DNA from: a virus
Virus record (IMG/VR): IMGVR_UViG_3300028394_002801
Coordinates: 46,396-110,395 of that record
Strand: one strand, 5' to 3'
Length of the DNA stretch: 64,000 nucleotides
In this document: positions 19,414-29,279 of the stretch, one piece after another
Layout of the letters: each line of letters starts with the position of its first letter
Numbering within the stretch: the first letter of the stretch is position 1
The notes under the pieces: model-generated
Database searches by the model: none
What the model was told of the DNA's origin: nothing
What the model saw: the letters and a program-made list of their open reading frames with translations, nothing else
Made by a program: the position numbers and the translations under genes

Positions 19414-22092
19414 TTAAGCATTTTCATATATTAGATTGGGATTAACATTTATTTTTTCCCAGAATTTAATCTCATCTTCTGATATTGTCATTACATCATT
19501 TAAATCATCTTGATCCTTTGCCGCATAAGGAATACCATTTATTAATTTACATTCTTCTGTTGTGAAGAATTGTCTATCAGCAGGGTCTTTTATAAGAATC
19601 CTATCCCTAATCTCTGGACTAAAAGCAACCAATAATGGACTTATCCTTTTGTTAAAAGTAACAACTGCTCTTGGCACATTATATTCCCCGGTCAAGTCAG
19701 GTGTTTTTTCAAATACATTTTGGTCAATATAATAGCAATTTAATTTAATTCCATCTTTTGTTTTTGACACATCCCCGTGCGATTGTTTTGTTCCATTATT
19801 TACATAATATATAATATCTCCAAGATTAACATGTAATTTTTCCTTTATGATTAACTCCATGTGTGCCATCTTACTTGTGGTGCTTCCTGCTTTATTTAAT
19901 GTCTTTGACCTTTTTACATAGTCTTTAACATTCTGTCTAACCCTTGCCTTGTTTGCAATTTCAATTAGGGGGATTTGCTTATTATAAACCTTTTCAAAAT
20001 AATTATAATATTCTTCAATAAATTCTTTTCCTTTACCTTCAAGCAATAACTTAACAGCAACATCAATAAATCTTTCAATATATTGGGGAAGTTTCTTTGA
20101 TTTGATTGTATTTCCTGTCAACTTTATTTTACCATCATTTTTCATAATGGCATAGTTTTTTCTTGCAAAATTAACACAAGATAACCAATGACCATCCAAA
20201 TCTAATGCCATTTCTCCCTTCATAAAAGTATCATTGTATTCTGCAACATCAGCATATATACCTTTGTAAATCTTACCTTCTTTAACTTTCCAGTTTAATC
20301 CTTTTCCAATATATTCCCTACTGCTAAAATCATCTGTTGCTGAAAAGTTAACACCATCTGTATCACAAACTAAAGGAACATAACCTCTATCCATAAAGAA
20401 TTTAATCATATGTCTTAAATATAATCTACCAGTACAAGTTATCTGTTCACCTTTATCCATCTCAGCCCAAGGGAAAACTGCTGGTGCTGATAATGAACCA
20501 AACAAAGAGTTTATGAAAATCTTTATTGGTAATTGCTTATTATCATAAGTTGCCGCAATCTTAGGATCCTTATCCTTCCACTCCTCTGCCAAATTCTTAT
20601 AATTAATCCTTGCATTTCTAAAAAATTTTAACATGCCTTCCAAAACACCAGTTATATCACAAGATGGGAATACATCGTGAGCCAATTGTATGGATGGATA
20701 TAGGGACGAGAAGTCAAGTTTATATATATTCTTTGAATACCCTACCTTAACCAATCTGGATAAACCACCCACAAAGTTTCGTTTATCCTCACTTTGGGGG
20801 ACAGCCAACTGATTATTATATGACCAAGCCAACATCAATGTCTTCCATAATCCTGCTGTCCCCATTGTGTATATCCTTTCAAAAGGTAATGGCACCATTT
20901 TTGCCAATAAGAATGATGCTTGACTAAATTCTGAATCAACTCTCATTGTCTCTTCCAAGTCATCATCAAGATATGCTTCAACAAGTTTATCACCAGAAAT
21001 TCTCTTATATACGTTTGGAAATTTAATGTCAAGACCAGGATAATCTGATGCTAATTTATATTTCCCATTCTTTATATTAAGAAAATATTCTTCTTTCTCT
21101 TGATACATTTTACCAATCTTTGTGTGTTCAATATACACACGATCTTCATCTTCTGCATTTATATATTTTGTAATATATTTAAGACCAGCAGATTTGATAT
21201 CGCTATTGATTGCTTGTGCCCTTCTTACTGAATGAATAACATCAATAACATTATATCCCCAAATAGAGGTTTGAGTGTAATTCTCAACATCACCCCCTAA
21301 TTTTAACATAGAATCCCTTCTTGTAACAGATTTTGTTGGATTTAATGATTTGCAAGCAGTTTGAACATGTATCTTTAATATCTCACATCTTTTGAAAATC
21401 CATTCCCAGTCAAACGTTGCTGAATTATAACCTGAAATAATGGTTGGTTTAATTTCATCAATAACTTTAAAAAATTCAATAATACCATTTGCCTCATCCT
21501 CTGGGTTAATGCACTCTATGATTCTGGAATAACCTTTATTGGTTTTAATTCCAATCATAAATATTCTACCATCAGTTGGTTCTAATGCTGTGGTTTCTAA
21601 GTCAAATACAAGTCTTGTTATATCATCATAAGAATCAAACCCTTTAAATAATCTTTTACCTTTGGATATTAGATATTGGTCAACAGGGGGTAGCATAATA
21701 ATTTTGGTTCTACCAATTTCACTCTTTGGGTCTAACCCCCCTTCCTTAAAGAAAGCAGTTAAATTTCTATAACCCTTTAATGACTGAACGATAAATTTCA
21801 TTCCATGTTCCAATCTTGGATGGTCATCTGTTCTTAATTTTGTTATAATAATACTATGTTTGGTCATTGCTTCCTTTTGCAAGACCTTTGACTTATTGTA
21901 GAAATTTAATGAATTTAAATTACCCACCCAACAAAATGAGGTAAAAGTATCTTTGACAATTTGTTTTCCTTTATTGGGAATTTCTTTTATCTTATAGACA
22001 CAATTGGCCATATAATCATATTCAATAGCAACAATATGTTCTTCTGGATCAGAACCATTAAGAAAATCCTCAATCTCTTGACTACTTATCAT
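19414..22092 (-). CDS. polB: Family B DNA polymerase
   Basis: Exo motifs FDLETT and GYNSATFDW; polymerase motifs DFSSLYPS, KIFINSLFG, CDTDG. Confidence 0.95.
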   Translation of the reverse strand: MISSQEIEDFLNGSDPEEHIVAIEYDYMANCVYKIKEIPNKGKQIVKDTFTSFCWVGNLNSLNFYNKSKVLQKEAMTKHSIIITKLRTDDHPRLEHGMKFIVQSLKGYRNLTAFFKEGGLDPKSEIGRTKIIMLPPVDQYLISKGKRLFKGFDSYDDITRLVFDLETTALEPTDGRIFMIGIKTNKGYSRIIECINPEDEANGIIEFFKVIDEIKPTIISGYNSATFDWEWIFKRCEILKIHVQTACKSLNPTKSVTRRDSMLKLGGDVENYTQTSIWGYNVIDVIHSVRRAQAINSDIKSAGLKYITKYINAEDEDRVYIEHTKIGKMYQEKEEYFLNIKNGKYKLASDYPGLDIKFPNVYKRISGDKLVEAYLDDDLEETMRVDSEFSQASFLLAKMVPLPFERIYTMGTAGLWKTLMLAWSYNNQLAVPQSEDKRNFVGGLSRLVKVGYSKNIYKLDFSSLYPSIQLAHDVFPSCDITGVLEGMLKFFRNARINYKNLAEEWKDKDPKIAATYDNKQLPIKIFINSLFGSLSAPAVFPWAEMDKGEQITCTGRLYLRHMIKFFMDRGYVPLVCDTDGVNFSATDDFSSREYIGKGLNWKVKEGKIYKGIYADVAEYNDTFMKGEMALDLDGHWLSCVNFARKNYAIMKNDGKIKLTGNTIKSKKLPQYIERFIDVAVKLLLEGKGKEFIEEYYNYFEKVYNKQIPLIEIANKARVRQNVKDYVKRSKTLNKAGSTTSKMAHMELIIKEKLHVNLGDIIYYVNNGTKQSHGDVSKTKDGIKLNCYYIDQNVFEKTPDLTGEYNVPRAVVTFNKRISPLLVAFSPEIRDRILIKDPADRQFFTTEECKLINGIPYAAKDQDDLNDVMTISEDEIKFWEKINVNPNLIYENA

Positions 22093-22125
22093 ATTTATTA
22101 TTTTAGGGGTAAAAATCTAAAAGTT

Positions 22126-22500
22126 TTAATTAAACTTCTTAATAAACGAATCTAAAATAATAATAGTTAATTCTTCTCTTAAAGGCAAGATGAGATCGCC
22201 ATCTTCATTTCTAATTAAAAATTCACCTTTATATATGCCAGGTGCATTTGTTTCTCTTTTCTTAAATTGATAATATATATAATATTCCACAGTTGGGGTT
22301 GGCTCTGTTGTTTCTTTTGCAACTAAATATGCTTCAGCATTTGTTATTTTATACATTCCTGTTTTAGCATCTGCCATAGAAAAGTAAATGGATGATGTTT
22401 CCAAATCCTCCATAAATTTTTTGTAATCTGACCTACCATCTTTAATTGGTTCAACTTTTAATATAGGTAAATCTGCCCCTTTCTTTATATAAAAATTCAT
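22126..22500 (-). CDS. Putative structural protein (BppU N-terminal-like Ig fold)
   Basis: FYIKKG.LPIL...YYQF...T..PGIYKGEF pattern. Confidence 0.45.
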   Translation of the reverse strand: MNFYIKKGADLPILKVEPIKDGRSDYKKFMEDLETSSIYFSMADAKTGMYKITNAEAYLVAKETTEPTPTVEYYIYYQFKKRETNAPGIYKGEFLIRNEDGDLILPLREELTIIILDSFIKKFN

Positions 22501-22605
22501 ATTTTCTTTATTATTAAATATCCAAAAAATTAAAAACTAATTTTTTAAAAAAATGGTTTGCAATTTTAATTATTTTTTGATATATTTATATATCAAAATA
22601 AAGAA

Positions 22606-23214
22606 ATGTTCAAAGAGATTAGAGAACAAATTAACAAGGTGGTGAATTGGTATCAATCTTTGATTGACAGTAAGAATTTAACCAAAGAAATTAATCATAT
22701 TTTGGAAGAAAATGGATTTTTAATCCAAGATATATATGATGTTGAGAATGTTAGTGGAATTATTAGTGCACTAAAATTATCAGAAGTATTACCACTTTAT
22801 TTATATGAAGGAATTGATTTTGAACTTGACAACTCTGGTGGTGTTATTATATTTTCCACAGATTTAAATTCCACATTAGGCAAGGCTGAAACATTTAGTG
22901 ATAAGGTTAAATTTTTCTTTGATAGTAAATGGAAGACATTTTTAAACAGATTAAATGTTAGTGATAGGCTTAAAAAAATACTATTAGATAAATATGAACA
23001 ACCTGGATTTACTTTGGGTAAAAACTTTAGAGGCGCATATAAAAGTAAAAATGGATTAACATTTAATGAAAAATCTTTTACTATTGATATTGCAGGTATT
23101 GACTCTGATGCTTTGATTTTAATTGCATCTGAAATTTGTAGAGAATTTAAACAAGAGACTGTAATGGTTAGAGATTTCAATAGAAATAAAGTACTTTTTG
23201 TTAATGATTTGTAA
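22606..23214 (+). CDS. Putative SAM-lyase-like (PII/GlnB-fold) protein
   Basis: The C-terminal half has GxY-x9-E-xS ... LIASEICREFKQETVMV, resembling the phage SAM lyase/DUF3574-type pattern. Confidence 0.45.
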   Translation: MFKEIREQINKVVNWYQSLIDSKNLTKEINHILEENGFLIQDIYDVENVSGIISALKLSEVLPLYLYEGIDFELDNSGGVIIFSTDLNSTLGKAETFSDKVKFFFDSKWKTFLNRLNVSDRLKKILLDKYEQPGFTLGKNFRGAYKSKNGLTFNEKSFTIDIAGIDSDALILIASEICREFKQETVMVRDFNRNKVLFVNDL

Positions 23215-23226
23215 AAAAAAATTAAA

Positions 23227-23616
23227 ATGAAAGAGAATTTATTAAAGGCTTCAATTTTTATGTTAGCATTTCTATTTATTGTGTTTGGTGCTAATAAGTT
23301 TTTAAATTTTATGACACCCCCACCACCAACAGATACTGGAGCACAACTTCTTATGGTAGGAATGTTTAATTCATATCTTAAAACATTAGTTGGTATTGTA
23401 GAGGTATTTAGTAGTTGTTTGTTATTATTTAGAAGAACAAGATTCTTTGGTTTTCTAATTATTATACCTATTATTTTGAATATTATTTTATATCATTTAA
23501 CAACAAATGATTTTTCAAATCCAATTATACTAATTATTGGTGTCCTTTTTGGGGGACTTTGTTATAGTCAAAAAGATGGAGTTAGAGAATTATTTAAGAT
23601 ACAATCAAATATTTAA
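23227..23616 (+). CDS. DoxX-family membrane protein
   Basis: FIVFGANKFL...VGIVEV...ILNIILYH; four hydrophobic segments. Confidence 0.8.
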   Translation: MKENLLKASIFMLAFLFIVFGANKFLNFMTPPPPTDTGAQLLMVGMFNSYLKTLVGIVEVFSSCLLLFRRTRFFGFLIIIPIILNIILYHLTTNDFSNPIILIIGVLFGGLCYSQKDGVRELFKIQSNI

Positions 23617-23680
23617 ATTCTGCCAAATCAACAAAATAAATAGAGATTTGGCAACTTATAAAAAAATTTAAGAATTAGTG

Positions 23681-23710
23681 GAAAGGGGTTGAAATTGACC
23701 CCTTTTCTTT
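23681..23710 (+). terminator. Hairpin/terminator after DoxX, overlapping the metK promoter
   Basis: gaaaggggt-tgaaattg-accccttttc followed by a T run. Confidence 0.55.
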
Positions 23711-23719
23711 TTATATTTG
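23688..23719 (+). promoter_or_regulatory. Bacteroidota-type promoter for metK
   Basis: GTTG, 20-bp spacer, TATATTTG. Confidence 0.5.
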
Positions 23720-23754
23720 GAAAGTGAATTGTTTAACTCAAAAAAATATAAATT

Positions 23755-24894
23755 ATGAAACTAATTACAGCTGAAAGCGTTTCCATTGGGCATCCAGATA
23801 AGGTTGCTGACCAAATTTCAGATGCAATACTTGATGCTTATCTAACTCTTGACCCAGATGCAAAGGTTGCTGTTGAAACACTTGTTAAAGACAATTGTGT
23901 TGTATTGGGGGGTGAAATATCCAGCACACATAGAATCAATTATGAAGAGGTTATTAAAAATACCGTAAAAGAAATTGGTTATACTAACCCAGCACATGGA
24001 TTTTATTACAAAAATATTACAATCATAAATTTGATTGGTCAGCAAAGCAGAGAAATAAATAATGCTGTTTTAAAAAATAGTGAAGAGTCACTTGGTGCTG
24101 GCGACCAAGGTTTTATGACTGGCTATGCAACAAATGAAACAAATACCTATATGCCAATTGGTATGTATGTTTCAAAGAAGTTGGTTGATTATGTGTATAA
24201 TAACATAGGATTTGGACCTGATATTAAAACACAAACAACAATTGAGTATGATGACAATACCAAAAGAATTCATACCATATTGGTATCAACTATGCATAGT
24301 GAAGATTTAACCCTATCTAATGTAAGGCAAATTATTATGAAAGGCATTAAAAATAATGATATGAATTTGGATGCTGATATTTTTGCCTTGATTGATGATA
24401 GAACCTCAATTGTTATTAACCCTGCTGGTTCTTGGAATGTTGGAGGTCCAGTTGCAGATTGTGGAGTCACAGGCAGAAAGATTGTGGTGGATCAATATGG
24501 ACCATATAACCCTGTTGGTGGTGGTGCATTTAGTGGAAAAGACCCAAGCAAAGTGGATAGAACTGGCGCATATTTAGCAAGATATATTGCAAAAAATATT
24601 GTGGCAGCAGGATATACAGATAAGTGTGCTGTTGAAATTGCTTATATGATTGGGGTGGATAAGCCAGCCTCATTAAGCATAAACACATTTGGACAGTATT
24701 CTGATGATTGGTTGGAAGGAGTTGTTTGCAGAATATTCCCCTTAACACCATCACAAATTATCAATCATTTTAAATTGAAAAGACCAATTTATCTTGAATC
24801 ATCAAGAGGTCATTTTGGAAATGATATAATGCCTTGGGAAAAATTGGATAAAATAGAAGACTTAAAACGTTTAGCCGTTATTCATAAGGGTTAA
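23755..24894 (+). CDS. metK: S-adenosylmethionine synthetase
   Basis: ESVSIGHPDK, GAGDQG, GVTGRKIVVD, GGGAFSGKDPSKVDR. Confidence 0.97.
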   Translation: MKLITAESVSIGHPDKVADQISDAILDAYLTLDPDAKVAVETLVKDNCVVLGGEISSTHRINYEEVIKNTVKEIGYTNPAHGFYYKNITIINLIGQQSREINNAVLKNSEESLGAGDQGFMTGYATNETNTYMPIGMYVSKKLVDYVYNNIGFGPDIKTQTTIEYDDNTKRIHTILVSTMHSEDLTLSNVRQIIMKGIKNNDMNLDADIFALIDDRTSIVINPAGSWNVGGPVADCGVTGRKIVVDQYGPYNPVGGGAFSGKDPSKVDRTGAYLARYIAKNIVAAGYTDKCAVEIAYMIGVDKPASLSINTFGQYSDDWLEGVVCRIFPLTPSQIINHFKLKRPIYLESSRGHFGNDIMPWEKLDKIEDLKRLAVIHKG

Positions 24895-25590
24895 ATAATT
24901 ATCAATAAAATCTGGGGGGTAGTTGGAATGAATCATTTTCTTAACTACCTCCTGTATTTTTTCCTCACGTGATAATCTTGGATTGGTGCTTAATCCATTT
25001 TCTATTGTATAACCAATCATATCACTTGTTGGCAATTTGTATTCTTTCTTTTCTTCTTTTGATTTAAGTCCCCCAATCTTTTCCCACACAACTACAAGCA
25101 AAGAACCATCATGCCATTTATACATCATTCCTTTGTATCCCATTTTTTCAAGCATACTTGACATATAAATGACCTGCATCTGATATGGTACATTATCACT
25201 ACCATATTTTTTTGCTGCGATATCATAGAGATTTAGGGGGTCAGCGTTGAATGGATATAAGTCACTTAATTTAACATCTACTTCATATAATGTGCCAGAA
25301 ACAATTCTTTCCTTCTGGTTTAAATTTGTATAAAAGAATATTCTTTTCTTACCCCACCATTGTTCTGAACTGGTATAACTATTCTCACCAAATTTAAGGG
25401 GATCCAAATATTCTAAATTGGATGGGCCAAAATGATATAACTTAACATATTCACCATCTGTTTCCAATTGAGAAAGCCACCTATCATTAAATAAGTGGCT
25501 ATCTGGTTTTTCTGGTAAATCATTTGCCTCATCTTCTTCGGAAATGACCATTATTTTTTTAATTCTAAAAATCTCTTCTTGTAAATTCAT
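24871..25590 (-). CDS. Putative ADP-ribosyltransferase-fold (ART-PolyVal-like) protein
   Basis: LYHFG...IFFYT...LYEVDV...LEKMGYKG; N-terminal MNLQEEIFRIKKIM leader. Confidence 0.45.
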   Translation of the reverse strand: MNLQEEIFRIKKIMVISEEDEANDLPEKPDSHLFNDRWLSQLETDGEYVKLYHFGPSNLEYLDPLKFGENSYTSSEQWWGKKRIFFYTNLNQKERIVSGTLYEVDVKLSDLYPFNADPLNLYDIAAKKYGSDNVPYQMQVIYMSSMLEKMGYKGMMYKWHDGSLLVVVWEKIGGLKSKEEKKEYKLPTSDMIGYTIENGLSTNPRLSREEKIQEVVKKMIHSNYPPDFIDNYLTLMNNG

Positions 25591-25629
25591 ATATAATAAA
25601 TATCATATAAATATCATATATTATGAATT

Positions 25630-26886
25630 TTAACCAATATTTAATTGACCTGTAATCCTATCACACCAACCTTTTGATTTTGAATAAGGCCAAACAACCC
25701 AATACTTTGGTTGCTTTGTTGTTTGAAAATCCCTCCATATTTTGCAATATTTATCTGGGTCTCTCATCATAGTATTAATTTCATTTATATCAGCATCTTT
25801 CCTATATAAAGTTTCATCATTATCACCATGGAATGCCACCACCCAATATTCATAATCTGGTTCTGGAACTGAAACATATTGGATATCAATACAATGTCTA
25901 AATATAATTGAAAAACTATTCTCCCATTCTTCCTCTGTCTTATACTCCTCCTTAACTGGGGGGTTTTTCTTATCTATTGTCCATTGTTGAACTGCACGTT
26001 TGGCATAATGAATGCCAGCATATTTTTCATAATCTCTTAATGTTCTAACTGGGCCAAAACCATATAATCCATCATGCCCCTCTTGTTGAACACCATCCAC
26101 ACCAAACAATCGCTTGTTTAAATAATGTGCCCTCTCATTCTTTTTAACCCAATCTCTATCATCATCCCATTGTTTAACCTTTCCCTTTCTTGTATATTCA
26201 TGATATATAATTGGAAAATGTGGATGGAATAAATCATATCCCCAAGTATATGCCCTAACTGCAATTGAAATTTCCTCACCATGAAAATAATATTCTGGAT
26301 TATGTTGAACTTCATTTGCAAATTGTCCTAGGGTAAAGCAATAATGTGCTGAATAAAATCTTGCTGGAATTGGTTTATCTAAACTCCGCCAATCTGGAAT
26401 TGTTTCAGGCATAAAGAATACATTTCCCTCTGGGGAAAACCTATCAAAAACCATCCTCCAAGGTTCTTGCACCCTCCCTGCTGGGTCATTTGTTGGTTCA
26501 TAAGAACAAGCATAGGAAGTCAATAAAGGTTTCTTATACCCATCTTTCTGCAAGCCCTTAATTATTTTTATTAATGTATCATCCCAATCTTGATTAAAAC
26601 GCATATGTGAATCAATTTGAAGGGTATATTGCTCATTATTATATAATTGCTGAATTAAATTTCTTGCCCAACAAGCCCCATTGGATTCATTATATGGTAT
26701 ATCTAATATTTTAAATCTTTTATCTTTTCTCCATTTATCAAGATTATCAAAACCATCCTCATCAGCATATTGCCTTGCAATAGCAAAAACAAGGTTCTTT
26801 GGCTTCTTTGCCTTATCCAAAATGTCCTCAATGGTTTTAACTAATTCAGGATCGCGATAACTTGCAATCTGTACAAATATTTTCAT
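25630..26886 (-). CDS. GT60-like (Skp1/polypeptide GlcNAc-transferase family) glycosyltransferase
   Basis: KIFVQIASYRDPEL, GACWAR, LQIDSHMRF, FHGEEISIAVRAYTWGYDLF, YHEY. Confidence 0.85.
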   Translation of the reverse strand: MKIFVQIASYRDPELVKTIEDILDKAKKPKNLVFAIARQYADEDGFDNLDKWRKDKRFKILDIPYNESNGACWARNLIQQLYNNEQYTLQIDSHMRFNQDWDDTLIKIIKGLQKDGYKKPLLTSYACSYEPTNDPAGRVQEPWRMVFDRFSPEGNVFFMPETIPDWRSLDKPIPARFYSAHYCFTLGQFANEVQHNPEYYFHGEEISIAVRAYTWGYDLFHPHFPIIYHEYTRKGKVKQWDDDRDWVKKNERAHYLNKRLFGVDGVQQEGHDGLYGFGPVRTLRDYEKYAGIHYAKRAVQQWTIDKKNPPVKEEYKTEEEWENSFSIIFRHCIDIQYVSVPEPDYEYWVVAFHGDNDETLYRKDADINEINTMMRDPDKYCKIWRDFQTTKQPKYWVVWPYSKSKGWCDRITGQLNIG

Positions 26887-26932
26887 TGTCTTTTTTTTAT
26901 GAAAAATAAGATATTTAATTTAAATATAAAGG

Positions 26933-29269
26933 CTAATTCTCCCTTCTTTCATCTGGAGCATAGTGCATAATTCTATCATGCCATATTGGTGCGGCTAATA
27001 ATATTGCAGGTTTTAAATCACCCTCTAATGTCATTTGATACATATGTGACATCCATGTTTGCTCATAAGGGTGTGCCCATTTTGTGTCAATAAACATTTT
27101 TTTATTACCAGCCTTACTAACAATCATTGGCCAATTTGCATAATAAACCTCACCATCTATGTATGAAACCCCATCCATAACTCTTATATTTTTAAAGTTT
27201 GTTAATGGTGCATTTGGATCTAATCCGGTCACAGGTAGTTTATCATAATTTGGCCAATATTTTGAGCGAATAACTTGTGGTACATTATACCAAGAGCATT
27301 GTTTATCATTATCAAAATAAACTTCAGTAAATGTTAATTTGACAAAATCAAAACCATCTTTTAACATAATCTTATGCAAGATGTTATACAAATTAGGAAC
27401 ATATTTCCTAAACCCATTTCTACATACTTGCCCAACCATTTCTGGGGAATTTACAGTCATATCATCCTCAAAGAAAAACATAAAGTCAGCATCTGAATTA
27501 TGAAAATGTTCAGCAGCAGCTTGTCTCCCACCACAAATACCTGTATTACTACCTAAATCAATATATTCAAAATTATACTTTTCTGCAATTTTTTTGTTTT
27601 CAATTTTAGCATCCTCCTTTGTTGAATTATCTAATAACACCAAACTTGGTCTTGTTAACCACTCTGGTGTTTTTTCCATTGATTTTATGGTGTGCAAAAT
27701 TTGTTCTGGAAAATTAAAAGTTAACATATATAAATTTGTTTTATATGACAAAACATCTTTATCTGTTACTTTTATGGGATTTATAATTTTAGGTTTAACA
27801 ACTTCTGTTAATTTTACATTATTATCAACTAATGCTTGGGTGAATTTACCAATTAAACCATTTCCATCTAACTCATACCTTTTATATAAATCTGGTTCAT
27901 TGTATGACATTATGGCAAATAAACTTTCTTCTGTCCCCATATAACCAGAGTTTAAAGTTTTTTGCAGTAATGAATAATATGTTGAATTTGCTTCTCTTAT
28001 TTGATCCTTGTGCCCCCCAAACAAACCACCTCTACAAACATATTTAACATCTTGTTCTGCATACATATTCATAGCCTTTATATGAAACCCATGAATTTCA
28101 TTATTTGCCTCATATGGATAACTTAAAAATAAAAAAGGATTCCCATATTCTGTTATTGAATTTAAAACATCATCATGAACTAAATGATGGTAGGATACAG
28201 TATTGGTAATACCTGCATCAATCCAAAAGAAGTATTCAGTACCAAATGGATTCCATATTGAAGCATCATTAACCATAAACATTTTAGATTGCACAATTGG
28301 ATTATACCATTCTAATGATGCTTGGGGCGAATCTTTTAACCAAGATGCTAAATTAAACCAATTAGGGTCTGTTCTAATTTCTTGGGTCTTATCCCAAAAA
28401 GGTGCATACAATTTTTTTACATCATCTAATTCATATATTTTTACAATTGTATTCTGTTTCTTTCTTTTTTCCCAAACCAGATATTCATATTCTTTAGGTA
28501 TGTAAATAAATAAATTTTGAGGTATATCTAGTAATCTTTTAAAATTCTCAATATAATGGTCAAAAGGTCTTCCATTTCTATTTATATTCCAAAGACCTGT
28601 TACAATTGTTAAATTTTCATTACCTGGTAATTTATGTTCCACATAACCAGTAAATTCCTCAATACTATGTATCTGACCTTTTTTAGAGTTATTCTTTTTA
28701 ACACATAAAAAATTACCTCCATAAAAATATTCATGGTTGTCAATAATTTCTCTTAACTCAGCATTATAATCTCCAAATACATTTTTACCATCACCACCAC
28801 CACCAATGTCTTCAATAATATAATAACCACCAAATTTAACTCTATCAAATAGATTTCTAAATGTTGTCAATTGGGCAATAGCAGTATGTAAACCATCATC
28901 TAATATGATGTTAAAACTTAAATTATCTAAGTTTTTATTACAAGCATCTAAATCAGTAGAACTCATTAAGAATGTTTTAATCCTATCCTCCTCAATCATA
29001 CAATCAGGAGCAACATCAACACCATAAATGTTGCCATTCTCAAAATATTCTTTCCAAACTCTTAAACAACTTGAAGGTGTAAAATTTGGAAAATATTGTT
29101 TTATACCAATAAATGTAGATGGAATTTCAGGTTGTAGTGTGCCTAACCCAATTTCCAAATAATCTATTTTATCAAATCTTATTTTTTCAAATATTTTTGA
29201 ATAAAAGTAATCATACCCTGATACTTTTTTATCACTGCCATATTTATCTATAAGTTCTCCTAATTCCAT
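26933..29269 (-). CDS. Fusion: SAM-dependent methyltransferase + HtrL/YibB-like glycosyltransferase + GT-A domain
   Basis: YLEIG...IYGVD...IILDDGLH...GGYYIIED (methyltransferase); TIVTGLWNI...FFWIDAG...GGLFGG...GTEE (HtrL-like); FFFEDD (GT-A). The ORF track starts it at 29302. Confidence 0.75.
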   Translation of the reverse strand: MELGELIDKYGSDKKVSGYDYFYSKIFEKIRFDKIDYLEIGLGTLQPEIPSTFIGIKQYFPNFTPSSCLRVWKEYFENGNIYGVDVAPDCMIEEDRIKTFLMSSTDLDACNKNLDNLSFNIILDDGLHTAIAQLTTFRNLFDRVKFGGYYIIEDIGGGGDGKNVFGDYNAELREIIDNHEYFYGGNFLCVKKNNSKKGQIHSIEEFTGYVEHKLPGNENLTIVTGLWNINRNGRPFDHYIENFKRLLDIPQNLFIYIPKEYEYLVWEKRKKQNTIVKIYELDDVKKLYAPFWDKTQEIRTDPNWFNLASWLKDSPQASLEWYNPIVQSKMFMVNDASIWNPFGTEYFFWIDAGITNTVSYHHLVHDDVLNSITEYGNPFLFLSYPYEANNEIHGFHIKAMNMYAEQDVKYVCRGGLFGGHKDQIREANSTYYSLLQKTLNSGYMGTEESLFAIMSYNEPDLYKRYELDGNGLIGKFTQALVDNNVKLTEVVKPKIINPIKVTDKDVLSYKTNLYMLTFNFPEQILHTIKSMEKTPEWLTRPSLVLLDNSTKEDAKIENKKIAEKYNFEYIDLGSNTGICGGRQAAAEHFHNSDADFMFFFEDDMTVNSPEMVGQVCRNGFRKYVPNLYNILHKIMLKDGFDFVKLTFTEVYFDNDKQCSWYNVPQVIRSKYWPNYDKLPVTGLDPNAPLTNFKNIRVMDGVSYIDGEVYYANWPMIVSKAGNKKMFIDTKWAHPYEQTWMSHMYQMTLEGDLKPAILLAAPIWHDRIMHYAPDERREN

Positions 29270-29279
29270 ATATTTTTTT

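Noticed and set aside
23617-23754. SAM riboswitch upstream of metK (hairpins tgccaaatc/gatttggca and gaaaggggt/accccttttc)
   Set aside because: No recognisable SAM-I/II consensus, and the likely metK promoter lies downstream of or overlaps the hairpins. An Rfam scan would settle it.
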